From Nitrospirota bacterium (GTDB lineage: Bacteria > Nitrospirota > UBA9217): a stretch of DNA of 64,000 bases. Below, in pieces: positions 51,518 to 61,508 of this stretch. The stretch is taken from NCBI GenBank assembly GCA_963749655.1, contig CAVVOB010000038.1, positions 118,940 to 182,939 on the forward strand, given 5' to 3'. The notes under the pieces were generated by a model. That model searched no databases. It saw only the letters and a list, made by a program, of their open reading frames with translations, and was not told the origin of the DNA. Every line of letters begins with the position of its first letter. The stretch's first letter is position 1. Made by a program: the position numbers and the translations under genes.

Positions 51518-52549
51518 TTACAGGTCGTTGATCCGGTCAATCAGGGTACGGAGCCTTCCGAAGTCCTGGCGGTTGAAGTCGATGACCAGTCTCGGCAGTT
51601 CCACGACCTCTGCGTCTTCCTTCTCAACGGGAAGGGCTTCCGAAGCCGCAATGTCCCCTCCGGGCAGCAGAATGTCCCGGAACTGCTCTTTCAGCACGGC
51701 GATGTGCTCCCTGCTGATCGGCGAGGTCATGCGGAAGACGAGCTGGCCGTCGACGTAGCGCATGCTGTGATACCTGCTGTAGAAGCGGTTGATGCGCGCG
51801 ACGGCCGCGTCAACGGAATCGACGCGCTCGAAAAGGCCGAGATCCGTCTTGTCGATATACTGGCGCGTCAGGAGCTCTTCCTCCAGGAATTTGATGTATG
51901 CCGTCCAGTAGGAGCAATCGGGGTCGTCCACGAGCACGAGGGGAAGGGGATTGCGCTTTCCGGTCTGTACGAGCGTCAGCGTCTCCATGGCCTCATCGAG
52001 CGTGCCGAAGCCCCCGGGAAAGAGCGCCACGGCGTCGGCTTCCTTCAGAAAGGCGACCTTGCGGTTGAAGAAGTACTTGTAGGTAATGAGCCGCGGATTG
52101 CCTTCGACCACGGGGTTGGGCCGCTGTTCAAAGGGCAGGCGGATGTTCACGCCGAAGGAATGTTCGGGCCCGGCGCCTTCGTTCGCGGCCTGCATGATGC
52201 CGCCCCCTCCGCCGGTGATGACCATGTAGCCGGCCTGGGCGAGCTTTTTGCCGAACTCCTTCGCCATCCCATAGCTCGTTTCGTTCGGCTGGGTCCTTGC
52301 CGAGCCGAAGACGGTCACCTTGCGCTTGTCGCGGTAGGGGCCGAAGACCTTGGAGGTAAACCGCATTTCCTTGAGCGTCGTGTTCATGAGTTTCAGGTCC
52401 GCGCTTGCATCGTCCTCCTGCCCGGCCTTGAGCGCGGCGATGATCATTTCGCGGACGTATTCGGGCCGTCTGACGCCCTCGGCGAGAGTCATGAGATTTT
52501 CGATGGCGTCGTCCACGGACCCGTTGGTTTTCGTAAAGTGAAGTTTCAT
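51518..52549 (-). CDS. LOG family (TIGR00730-like) protein
   Basis: TVFGSAR, TGGGGGIM, PGGFGTLDE. Confidence 0.92.
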   Translation of the reverse strand: MKLHFTKTNGSVDDAIENLMTLAEGVRRPEYVREMIIAALKAGQEDDASADLKLMNTTLKEMRFTSKVFGPYRDKRKVTVFGSARTQPNETSYGMAKEFGKKLAQAGYMVITGGGGGIMQAANEGAGPEHSFGVNIRLPFEQRPNPVVEGNPRLITYKYFFNRKVAFLKEADAVALFPGGFGTLDEAMETLTLVQTGKRNPLPLVLVDDPDCSYWTAYIKFLEEELLTRQYIDKTDLGLFERVDSVDAAVARINRFYSRYHSMRYVDGQLVFRMTSPISREHIAVLKEQFRDILLPGGDIAASEALPVEKEDAEVVELPRLVIDFNRQDFGRLRTLIDRINDL

Positions 52550-52771
52550 GGTGTCCTGCTCCTGCTGTGAAGTGCTTTATTCCCGCGAAGCGGGATTACA
52601 ATATTAAGCCTTTCATGGGTTTTTGTCGAGGGAAAGGTGAAGTCTCCCCGAGATTTTCCGACTGCGGGAAGGCTTCGGTCCTGTGCGCCGGGCCTCATTT
52701 TGTGCTACAGTGTATCAATCGCGGTATGATGCGCCGGGTACTCTCCCCGGATGCCGGAGGGCTCCACCAGG

Positions 52772-53323
52772 ATGAAAGGGAATCCGTCCAATATCGTTCT
52801 TATCGGCATGCCCGGCTCGGGCAAAAGCACGGTGGGCGTTCTCCTTGCCAAAGAAACGGCTCGCAGCTTCGTGGACACCGACGTTCTGATCCAGTCGCAG
52901 GAGGGCCGGACCCTGCAGGATATCGTCGACCATGAAGGCTACCTTGCCTTGCGCGTGATCGAGGAAAAGGTCCTCCTCGGGCTGGAATGCCGCAATCATG
53001 TCATCGCAACGGGCGGCAGCGCGGTGTACAGCCGTATTGCCATGGAACACCTGAAAAGGGACGGGATCGCCGTCCTGCTGAGCGTGGACCTGGAAACGCT
53101 TAAAAAGCGCGTGCATGATTACGGCACGCGGGGCCTTGCGAAGCGGCCCGACCAGACCGTGGACGACCTGTTCGAGGAGCGCTCCCTCCTGTACCGGACC
53201 TATGCCGATATCACCATCCCGTGCAGCGGCCTGACCCATGAAGAGGTTTGTGCCGAGATCGTCCGCAGGCTTGCGGGGAAATCGGGCGCGTCGGACGGGC
53301 GTCCGGTGCGCCCCGGTCAATAA
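52772..53323 (+). CDS. aroK: Shikimate kinase
   Basis: GMPGSGKSTVG, DTD, VIATGGSAV. Confidence 0.92.
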   Translation: MKGNPSNIVLIGMPGSGKSTVGVLLAKETARSFVDTDVLIQSQEGRTLQDIVDHEGYLALRVIEEKVLLGLECRNHVIATGGSAVYSRIAMEHLKRDGIAVLLSVDLETLKKRVHDYGTRGLAKRPDQTVDDLFEERSLLYRTYADITIPCSGLTHEEVCAEIVRRLAGKSGASDGRPVRPGQ

Positions 53324-53437
53324 CGGCCGCGCAGAAAGACGTCCGGGAGGGCATCAGATAAAAAAGAGCCTTCTCTTGACCTCTCTTCTTCATTTCTGTA
53401 TGATAGCGAAAAGATTGCAGGAATTCCCTTAACTTTT

Positions 53438-54604
53438 ATGGCAAGCGACGAATCAATATTCCAGCCCCGCGTCAGGACCTCCGCCGGTCTCAAACCGTCC
53501 CAGGAAACGCTCAATGCCTTTCTGAAAGGTACGGGCAAAGCCGGCGGTGGACTGCATATCAAGGACCTTACGGCCTATCACGGACTTCTTACTGAGAACG
53601 AGGCATTCCAGAAGCGTTCTCACGACGAGCAGCAGCGGGACCTCGCGGAGCTGATTTTCTTCAACGTGATCGACCACAGCCGGTTCACGAACTCCACCCT
53701 CCTTTCGGAAGTCGTTCTGTATAAATATCACCTCCATACGCTCAACGCCCTGGATTTCAAGCATCCGGCGGCTTTTATCAAGTCCGCGGAACACGAAATG
53801 AGCCGGCTGAACGCGAAGAAGATCAATGACGTCCTCAGGATGTCGAGGCTCCAGGAAATGATCGCCGAGCGCAAAAAGATCCTGGCCGCGCTCAAAGTCC
53901 AGTGGACGGAACTGACCGCCGAGCTGCGCCAGATCGCGCTCTATGTCCGGGACAACCTCGTGAAGATCGAAAAACGCTGTGATGCAGCGCTCGTCATTCT
54001 CTCCGATCCCGAAGCCTGCAGGACGAAGGAGCTCGAGCTGATCGAGGACATCAAGGCGCACTTCAAAGAATACATAAAGGACGCGCTGCACCGTGGACAG
54101 ATCACCAAACAGGACCTCGAACAGGCAAAAAAAGAGGCCGAAGAGCTGCTGGCGGAAATGTCGAAACTCGTCAAAGACGACACCGGCGCCATGACGAAAT
54201 TGTACGGAGCCGTTCGCGATCATGTGAAGAAGGCCGCCACGGAGATCGCCGTTCTGCTCATCGATCTCGAGAGCAAGAAAGGCAAGGGCGTGGAGGAGAA
54301 CCGGACCCTCTATGCGCAGATCGAGCAGGTCCTGGTGTCCCTCATAACAGATTTTCAGTTTGACCGGGGAGTGACGCCTGTTCGCACCAAGGACGCTCAC
54401 CGGGAGATCGCGACGGCAAAACGAAAAGAGCTGGTCGAATGTCTTCTTGAGCAGGTGCAGACGGAGCGCAGGGGCCGTGTTGACCGCAGGGCCGGACGGG
54501 ACCGGAGAAAATCCAACGATCCCGACTACAAGGGGCCGGAGCGGAGAAAAAACGAGGACCGGAGAGCGGGCAGGAGCAGACGGAGGACGACGTCTTCTTC
54601 GTGA
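53438..54604 (+). CDS. Hypothetical coiled-coil protein with C-terminal ERR/DRR repeats
   Basis: 388-aa ORF ending ERRGRVDRRAGRDRRK..YKGPERRKNEDRR. Confidence 0.8.
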   Translation: MASDESIFQPRVRTSAGLKPSQETLNAFLKGTGKAGGGLHIKDLTAYHGLLTENEAFQKRSHDEQQRDLAELIFFNVIDHSRFTNSTLLSEVVLYKYHLHTLNALDFKHPAAFIKSAEHEMSRLNAKKINDVLRMSRLQEMIAERKKILAALKVQWTELTAELRQIALYVRDNLVKIEKRCDAALVILSDPEACRTKELELIEDIKAHFKEYIKDALHRGQITKQDLEQAKKEAEELLAEMSKLVKDDTGAMTKLYGAVRDHVKKAATEIAVLLIDLESKKGKGVEENRTLYAQIEQVLVSLITDFQFDRGVTPVRTKDAHREIATAKRKELVECLLEQVQTERRGRVDRRAGRDRRKSNDPDYKGPERRKNEDRRAGRSRRRTTSSS

Positions 54605-54726
54605 CCGAGGCTGCCGGCGGGACCAGCCTGTCTGCGGCGTTCGCGCCTGGGTGACCCCGCAGCGGATCCGCCGGTATTCAAGCAGCGATCACCAAAAAAC
54701 GCAAAGCCGAAAACGCAGGCATTGGC

Positions 54727-55582
54727 TTGTTGTTTTCGAGGAGATGGACTGCATTGAAAGCGGACCTGCAGGCAGACCGCAGCGGGAAGCTGACGCAGCG
54801 GGTGATGAACAAGATCAAAGAGCGATTTTTCCTCCGTTTTCACATGTCCCTGATCCTCCTGGCAACGGTCCTCTCCGGCCTCCTGGCAACGAAGCTGCTT
54901 CTTCTCGCGCAGGTGCACAATATCGTCATCCGCTACCCGCTTGCGGTGGTCTTCGCCTACCTGGCGTTCTTCCTCTTCGTAAAATTATGGCTGCTGTACA
55001 TGTCGGCTTCCCATCCGCTCAGAAAATCGGACTCATCGGGAGATATTCTGTCCGGTCTGCCGGACCCTGTCGGGCGGAGGCTCGTCGTCGGGCAGCGGAC
55101 CTTCCTTCAGCGGGGGCGGGGGAGGGACCGGGGGAGGGACCGGGGGAGGCGCCGGCGCCACGGGCGTTTTTGACGCTCCCGTAACACGTCTCGGAGAGGG
55201 CGCAGTGCGATCGACCTCCGGCGCGGCGCGGGCAACGTCCGGATTTGCCGATGGGGCCGGAAGCATCCTGTCGGGGATCGACGATGACACGATCATACTG
55301 GTCATCCTCGGCGTTCTGTTCGCGGCGATCTTCGGCTCGGCGATCTATCTCCTCTACCTTGCGCCTCACATCCTGTCGGAGGCCGCGTTCGACTTCCTGC
55401 TGGCGACAAGCCTGGTCAGGAGCTACCGGAAGATGAACAAGCCCGACTGGATCGGGAGCGTGTTTCGCGACACCTACAAGCCGTTTCTGGCCGTGCTGAT
55501 CATTGCCACGGCCGCTGCCGGGATTCTTCACAGCTATTTCCCGACGGTGGTAAAAATGTCCGATCTGTTTGTGAAGCCCTGA
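54727..55582 (+). CDS. Hypothetical membrane protein with Gly-rich loop (frameshifted; start uncertain)
   Basis: Two hydrophobic ORFs (54727-55173 and 55205-55582) joined by a G-rich segment. Confidence 0.6.
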
Positions 55583-55808
55583 CCCGGACAAGCCGGATCC
55601 GGAAGCTTGGAACCGCCAGGGCGCAAAGGTCGCGAAGAAAATCTTGTGCTCTTGTGTGAGAATCAGAATTCGCCTTTTTTTGTTGTCCTTGGCGTTCTTC
55701 GCGCCTGCGGTAACTAAAGGAGTCAAGGGCAGGCGGTCCTGAAGGGCGAATCGCGCTGGGTGCATTCCAGCATGCCGGCGGAGAGAACGAAAAGAACCAG
55801 GGAGCGTA

Positions 55809-56258
55809 TTGATGGATGCCGGATTTGTGTGCTTCAACCGAAAGGGACTCGAAAGGATACTGCCCCACCGCGGAGCGGCCCTCGGAAAGATCGACGGGGT
55901 GTTCTACAGCTCCCTCGCTCCCGCTGTCATGACGGGCATCAAAAGGGTCCTCCCTGACGATCCCGATCTTGCAGGTCATTTCCCCGGCGCGCCCACCTAT
56001 CCCGGATATGCCCTGGATGAATTCGTCTGCCTTGTTGCCGCCGCTCTGATCCCGACTTCCGTGGAAGGCCTGAAGGAACAAGCCTACGTCGTTCAGAAGG
56101 TCGTGCGGTATAAGAGCAACGCCGTTCCCGGAGATACGCTGTTCGCCGAGGTCACGCTCCAGGGGCGGCGGAAAAGGTTTTTCATGTTCTCGGCCGTGAT
56201 CCGCAATCAGCGCAATGAAACGGTTGCGGAGTACGAAAAAATCGTCGGTGCGATATAG
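55809..56258 (+). CDS. FabA/FabZ-like hotdog dehydratase
   Basis: ILPHR, GHFPGAPTYPG..E, VPGDTL. Confidence 0.8.
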   Translation: MMDAGFVCFNRKGLERILPHRGAALGKIDGVFYSSLAPAVMTGIKRVLPDDPDLAGHFPGAPTYPGYALDEFVCLVAAALIPTSVEGLKEQAYVVQKVVRYKSNAVPGDTLFAEVTLQGRRKRFFMFSAVIRNQRNETVAEYEKIVGAI

Positions 56259-56606
56259 ATGAATTTGTAAAAGGTCAAACTCAACCGCAGAGACGCCGAG
56301 ACGCTGAGAAAAGATCGGAACGAGTGATCCTGAAAAAGCAGTTAACCACTGATGAACACGGATAAACACGGGTAAATCCGAAAGTCAAATCAAAAGCCTG
56401 ATTCACCAGGCGGGTGCGACACCGAAATGATGTATGTTCCTGATTTTGTTTTTCATCTGTGTTAATCGGTGGTTCCAACTGCCGTACTGAGGGTGATGGG
56501 TTCTCTGCGGCCTCCGCGGCTCTGCGGTGAAACCCTGTTTTTTGCACGTCGCCGCAAAGAGTTTGAACGTCCTTGCCTTCAGAATGCGTATCCGGCATAA
56601 TGCCTC

Positions 56607-58113
56607 ATGCTCCTCATCTTCCCCCCTGTAGCCAAACCCTCGGAACCGCCTGCAGGCATCGCGAAGATTGCCGCTGCACTGGGCGGTCATGGACTTCCCT
56701 GCACGGTCCTGGACGGAAATCTCGAAGGCATGCTCTCCCTGCTCACGAGCAACTGCCCGGCAACCGACACCTGGACGCGCAGGGCCGTGCGGCATGTTTC
56801 CTCCCACCTTGCGGCCCTTCGCAATCCCGGGACCTACCGCTCCCCGGGCCGTTATGCCAGGGCGGTGCGGGACCTTCAGCGCGTTCTGGGGGCGGCCGGC
56901 GGCAGGGATGTAGTTCTCGGTCTTGCCGATTATCACCATCACACGCTCTCACCCCTGAAGAGCGCCGACCTGATCGCCGCGGCCGAACATCCCGAGCAGA
57001 ACCCTTTTTTCTCCCTGGTTCAGCAAACGGCTGCGGGGCATGATGGGCGGTGTATCACGCGTCGGCATATCGCTCAATTATCTGAGCCAGGCGCTGTGCT
57101 CCTTTGCCATGATCGGCTTCATCAAAAAGGAATTTCCCGGTGTGCCGATCGTCATGGGAGGCGGACTCGTAACATCCTGGATGTCCCAGCCCGGATGGAG
57201 GAACCCTTTTGCCGGGCTCGTCGATCATCTCGTTGCAGGCCCCGGGGAAAAGACCCTGCTCGAGCTGTCGGGCATCGATGTCCGACAAGACCACTTCTCC
57301 CCGGATTACGAAAAATTTCCAGTCAGCGATTATCTTTCTCCCGGATTCATCCTGCCTTATAACGCGTCGACAGGCTGTTACTGGAACAAATGTTCCTTCT
57401 GCCCTGAGAAAGCCGAGGGAAATGCCTACGCAGCCGTACCGGCAGCGAGGGCTGCGGCTGAGATCAAGGCGCTGATCGGGAAAACGCGTCCGGTCCTGAT
57501 CCATCTTCTCGACAATGCCGTGAGTCCCGCTTTGATGCAGACGCTGGCGGCCGATCCGCCCGGCGCGCCGTGGTACGGATTTGCGAGGATCAGCGATACG
57601 CTGAAGGACCCCGGGTTCTGCAGGGAGCTCAAACGTTCGGGCTGCGCGATGCTCAAGCTCGGCCTCGAATCGGGCGACCAGGGCGTGCTCGACAGGCTGC
57701 AGAAGGGGATCGATCTGGAGACGGCGTCACAGGTCCTGCGGAATCTCAAGGCTGCAGGTATCGCCGCCTATGTCTATCTCCTGTTCGGCACGCCTGCTGA
57801 ATCGGTTGATGAAGCGCGGAGGACCCTTGCTTTCGTCGTCCGGCACCACGAGGCCGTCACTTTCCTGAACCTGGCTATCTTCAATATGCCCCTCTGCGGG
57901 CAGGAAGCGGGAGCCGGTGAAACGGGCCTGTTCTATGAAGGGGACCTCTCCCTTTACACGACCTTTCACCATCCCCGGGGGTGGGACCGGAAACAGGTGC
58001 GGCTGTTCCTCGACGGGGAATTCAAACGCCATCCGGCAATAGCAGCGATCCTCAGGAACGATCCGCCTGTTTTCACATCCAACCATGCGGCTTTCTTCGG
58101 GGGTATTGAATGA
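56607..58113 (+). CDS. B12-binding-type radical SAM protein (frameshift near 57010-57040)
   Basis: CYWNKCSFC, GLESGDQ.VL..LQKG, YLLFGTP; N-terminal LLIFPP in a different frame. Confidence 0.85.
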
Positions 58114-58207
58114 AGCAGGAAGAACCGGCCGTCGGATTCGGCTGCTTTAATAGTCCGAGGGCCGGTTGCAGATTAGGTTTTGGTGCGGTCCTCCCCGATC
58201 AGATCAA

Positions 58208-58378
58208 TCAGCGGTACACAGGCGGCGGCGGAGGGGGAGGCGGAACCATGGGACCGGGATAGGGCCGTACAGGACGCGGTGGCGGCGGACCCGGGGGCGG
58301 AGCCGGGACGAAACAGGACGTCAGGATCAATGACAAAGCGAACATCATTATTACTGCAAAGCTCCACATCTTTTTCAT
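58208..58378 (-). CDS. Small proline-rich lipoprotein (56 aa)
   Basis: Manual translation MKKMWSFAVIMMFALSLILTSCFVPAPPPGPPPPRPVRPYPGPMVPPPPPPPPVYR; AAGGAGG RBS; LTSC lipobox. Confidence 0.75.
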   Translation of the reverse strand: MKKMWSFAVIMMFALSLILTSCFVPAPPPGPPPPRPVRPYPGPMVPPPPPPPPVYR

Positions 58379-58725
58379 GCCAACCTCCTTTCATTGAAAA
58401 GCAGCATTCAGCACTCAGCGATCATCTGTCAGCTTGAGACCCAAATCTCATGAACGATCGGCCTCGTCCGCTTGAGGGAAAGTATAGCACGGACTCAGGA
58501 TCAGCGAAATCGATTTTTTTGCCGGACAGTATCCGGAATAATTTCCCGCTTCCCGCTTAATGTATTTCTCACCTCAATCGCTCTTGCGATCTCACCATAC
58601 AGCCCTGCTGCAACCTTCGTAGCAAGGATTCCTCCCTGCATAACCGGCCTTGTTGACGCGCCGACTATCCGGTGCTAGGTTTATTATATAGGATTGTAGT
58701 AGTCCTTTTTCGCGGAGGAGGTTCC

Positions 58726-59505
58726 ATGGCAGGAGCAACGATCTGGAAAGGGTTTATTCATTTCGGGGACACGGACGTGGCCGTGAAGCTGCATTCAGCG
58801 GTCAGGGAAGAGCGGATCCAGTTCCACCTTCTTCACGCGACCGATCAGGCGCGTTTGCGCCAGCAGATGATCTGCGCTTTCGAAAAACAGCCGGTGCCAG
58901 CGGAGGAGCAGGCGAGGGGGTTCCAGGTAGAGGAGGGGAAATACCTCATCCTCGACCCGCAGGAGCTCGAACAGACGGTCCCGGAAAGCAACCGGATGAT
59001 CGAGATCCACGAGTTCGTCAAGTCAGAGCAGGTCGATCCCCTCTTCGTCGAGCGCGTCTACAACCTGGAGCCGGACCTGTCGGCTATCCAGGGCAAAGGA
59101 TACGGCGTCCTTGTCAATGCCCTGAAGGAACTGGAGGTGGAGGGCATCTGCACGTGGACCATGAGAAAGCGTTCCTATGTCGGCGCCCTGCAGGCAAGCG
59201 GAAAGGTCCTGCGCCTGAAGACGCTCCGGTACGCCGATGAGGTGGTCGCGGTTGCTTCCCTCGGACTGCAGAACGTTGCTTTGTCGGAAAAAGAGCTGTC
59301 CATCGGGAGCGAGCTGATCGAGAAGCTGACCGTTCCTTTTGAACCGCAGAAGTTCGAAAATGAGCATCAGAATAAGCTGCGGGAAATGATCGAGAAAAAA
59401 GCCCGCGGCGAAAAGATCGCAGTCCTGGCACCCCGGCGTCTGCAGCCCACGGAGTCGGACCAGCTGCTTGAAGTTCTGGAAGCGAGCTTGAAGAAAGCGG
59501 CGTGA
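58726..59505 (+). CDS. ku: NHEJ Ku protein, divergent copy
   Basis: IWKGFIHFG, IEIHEFV, VDPLFVER.Y.L.P, LRYADEV, LLEVLEASL. Confidence 0.85.
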   Translation: MAGATIWKGFIHFGDTDVAVKLHSAVREERIQFHLLHATDQARLRQQMICAFEKQPVPAEEQARGFQVEEGKYLILDPQELEQTVPESNRMIEIHEFVKSEQVDPLFVERVYNLEPDLSAIQGKGYGVLVNALKELEVEGICTWTMRKRSYVGALQASGKVLRLKTLRYADEVVAVASLGLQNVALSEKELSIGSELIEKLTVPFEPQKFENEHQNKLREMIEKKARGEKIAVLAPRRLQPTESDQLLEVLEASLKKAA

Positions 59506-59591
59506 ATTCAGTTTCGAGTTTTTAGTTCTTAGTTTTTAGTTTAAACTCAAAACTTAAAACTCACAACTAAGAACTATTCCGGAGGAATGAT

Positions 59592-60374
59592 ATGGCTGCA
59601 CAGGGAATATGGAGCGGAACAATCAGTTTCAGTCTGGTGGCGATCCCGGTTCGTCTGGTCAAGGCCGTCGAGCCCGGCCGCGTGTCTTTTCACCTGCTCC
59701 ACAGCAAAGACTACTCCCGCCTCTCGCGAAAAATGTTCTGTCCCGCGGAAAATGCTATGGTCCCGCCCGGCGAGGTCGTCCGGGGATATGAGATCCTTCC
59801 GGACAAGTATATCGTGATGACGGACGAGGAGCTCGAATCGGTGTCGCCGGAGCGGAGCCGCACGGTCGAGATCTCAGAGTTCATCGACCTGAAAGAGGTG
59901 GACCCGATCTATTTCGACCACCCCTATTACCTCGTTCCTTCGAAGGGCGGCGAAAAAGCTTACCAGCTGCTGGTCGAAGTGATGCGCCGGACGAACAAGG
60001 CAGGGCTCGCGAAATTTGTATTGTCCGAGCGCGAGTACCTCGTTGCGGTTTTCAGCAGGGACGGCGCGCTCGCACTGACCACGCTCCATTACAGCGATGA
60101 GATCCTTCCCGGGGACGACATCCCGCCGAAGAAAGAACAAAGCGAAGCTCACGAAGAAACCCGGATGGCGGAAAGCATCAGGAAGATGATCGGGGAGTTC
60201 GATCCGGGGAAATACGCCGACGGCCGCAGGAAGAAGCTCATGGACCTCGTCGAGGCAAAGGCAAAGGAAAAAGCTCCCGTGGAGTCGCCTGCGGTGGAGG
60301 AAGAAGAGGGGTCCGGTCCGGCCGATCTCATCTCCGCGCTTGAGGAGAGCATGAGAAGGATGAAGGCGGGATGA
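59592..60374 (+). CDS. ku: NHEJ Ku protein
   Basis: IWSGTISFSLVAIPVRL, VDPIYFDHPYYLVP, KAYQLL, DLISALEES. Confidence 0.92.
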   Translation: MAAQGIWSGTISFSLVAIPVRLVKAVEPGRVSFHLLHSKDYSRLSRKMFCPAENAMVPPGEVVRGYEILPDKYIVMTDEELESVSPERSRTVEISEFIDLKEVDPIYFDHPYYLVPSKGGEKAYQLLVEVMRRTNKAGLAKFVLSEREYLVAVFSRDGALALTTLHYSDEILPGDDIPPKKEQSEAHEETRMAESIRKMIGEFDPGKYADGRRKKLMDLVEAKAKEKAPVESPAVEEEEGSGPADLISALEESMRRMKAG

Positions 60375-60446
60375 TAAATTCGAATGGGGAATGCGGATTG
60401 CGGAATGCGGAATAAAAGAATAGGCGCCTGACGCCAAGGAGAATTG

Positions 60447-61352
60447 ATGAGCCGGACATTCGTCGAGATGACGGGGAGGAGGATTCCTCTGTCGAACCTG
60501 GAAAAGGACCTCTATCCCTCCTACGGTTTTACCAAGGCTACGATCCTGGAATATTACCGCACGATTGCGCCGTTCCTTCTTCCCCACTTGAAAGACCGGG
60601 CATTGACCTTGAAGCGTTTTCCCGAAGGAACGGACAAGAATTTCTTTTTCGAGAAGCGCTGCCCCAGCCATCGCCCGGCCTGGGTGCAGACTGCGACGAT
60701 CCCCCAGGAGCACGGAGGGGCGATTTCGTTCTGCGTGGTCAATGATCTGGAAACGCTGATGTGGGTGGAGAACCTTGCATCCCTTGAGCTTCATGTGTCC
60801 CTGGCCAGGTCCGGAACGCCGGAGATCCCCGACTCCATGGTCTTCGATCTCGACCCCGGCGACGGAGCGACCCTTCTGGACTGCAGCCGTGTGGCCCTGA
60901 TCCTCCGGGACCTGCTCTCCCGGACGGGGCTTGAATCGTACGCAAAAACGTCGGGCAATAAAGGACTCCATGTATTCGTTCCTCTGAACCGGCCGGAAAC
61001 GACCTTTGCGGACACCAAAACATTCTCAAAAGCCGTGGCCGGGATCATGCAGAAACACTATCCCGGTCTGGTGACCGCAAAAATGGCGAAGCAGGAGCGG
61101 AGCGGCAAAGTGTTCATCAACTGGTCGCAGAACGACTCGTCGCTGACGATGATCAGCGTCTATTCCCTGCGGGCCCGGGAGAAGCCCTTTGTATCGTTTC
61201 CCCTTGAATGGAGTGAACTGGAGGCGGCGTCGAAGCTTGATGATCCGGACAGGCTGCAGGTCCTGCATGATGAAGCGCTGAAGAGGGTCGGGGAGAAGGG
61301 CGATCTCTTTCGGGAGATGCTCGTTAAGGAACAGAAACTGCCGCATTTGTAA
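60447..61352 (+). CDS. ligD: Stand-alone LigD polymerase (primase-polymerase) domain
   Basis: LSNLEKDLYP, LKRFPEG, FFEK, VFDLDPG, KTSGNKGLH, YSLRAR. Confidence 0.92.
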   Translation: MSRTFVEMTGRRIPLSNLEKDLYPSYGFTKATILEYYRTIAPFLLPHLKDRALTLKRFPEGTDKNFFFEKRCPSHRPAWVQTATIPQEHGGAISFCVVNDLETLMWVENLASLELHVSLARSGTPEIPDSMVFDLDPGDGATLLDCSRVALILRDLLSRTGLESYAKTSGNKGLHVFVPLNRPETTFADTKTFSKAVAGIMQKHYPGLVTAKMAKQERSGKVFINWSQNDSSLTMISVYSLRAREKPFVSFPLEWSELEAASKLDDPDRLQVLHDEALKRVGEKGDLFREMLVKEQKLPHL

Positions 61353-61508
61353 AAAAAAAGGCTTTCTCGCGCAAAGACGCAAAGACGCAAAGACGCAAAG
61401 AAATAAGGAGACTTCTTAAAGAAAGGGACTCGATATTTTTTGAATAGGGACTTTTCTTTGCGCCTTTGCGACTTTGCGCGAGGCAGGATTTATTCAGCGG
61501 TTAACGAT

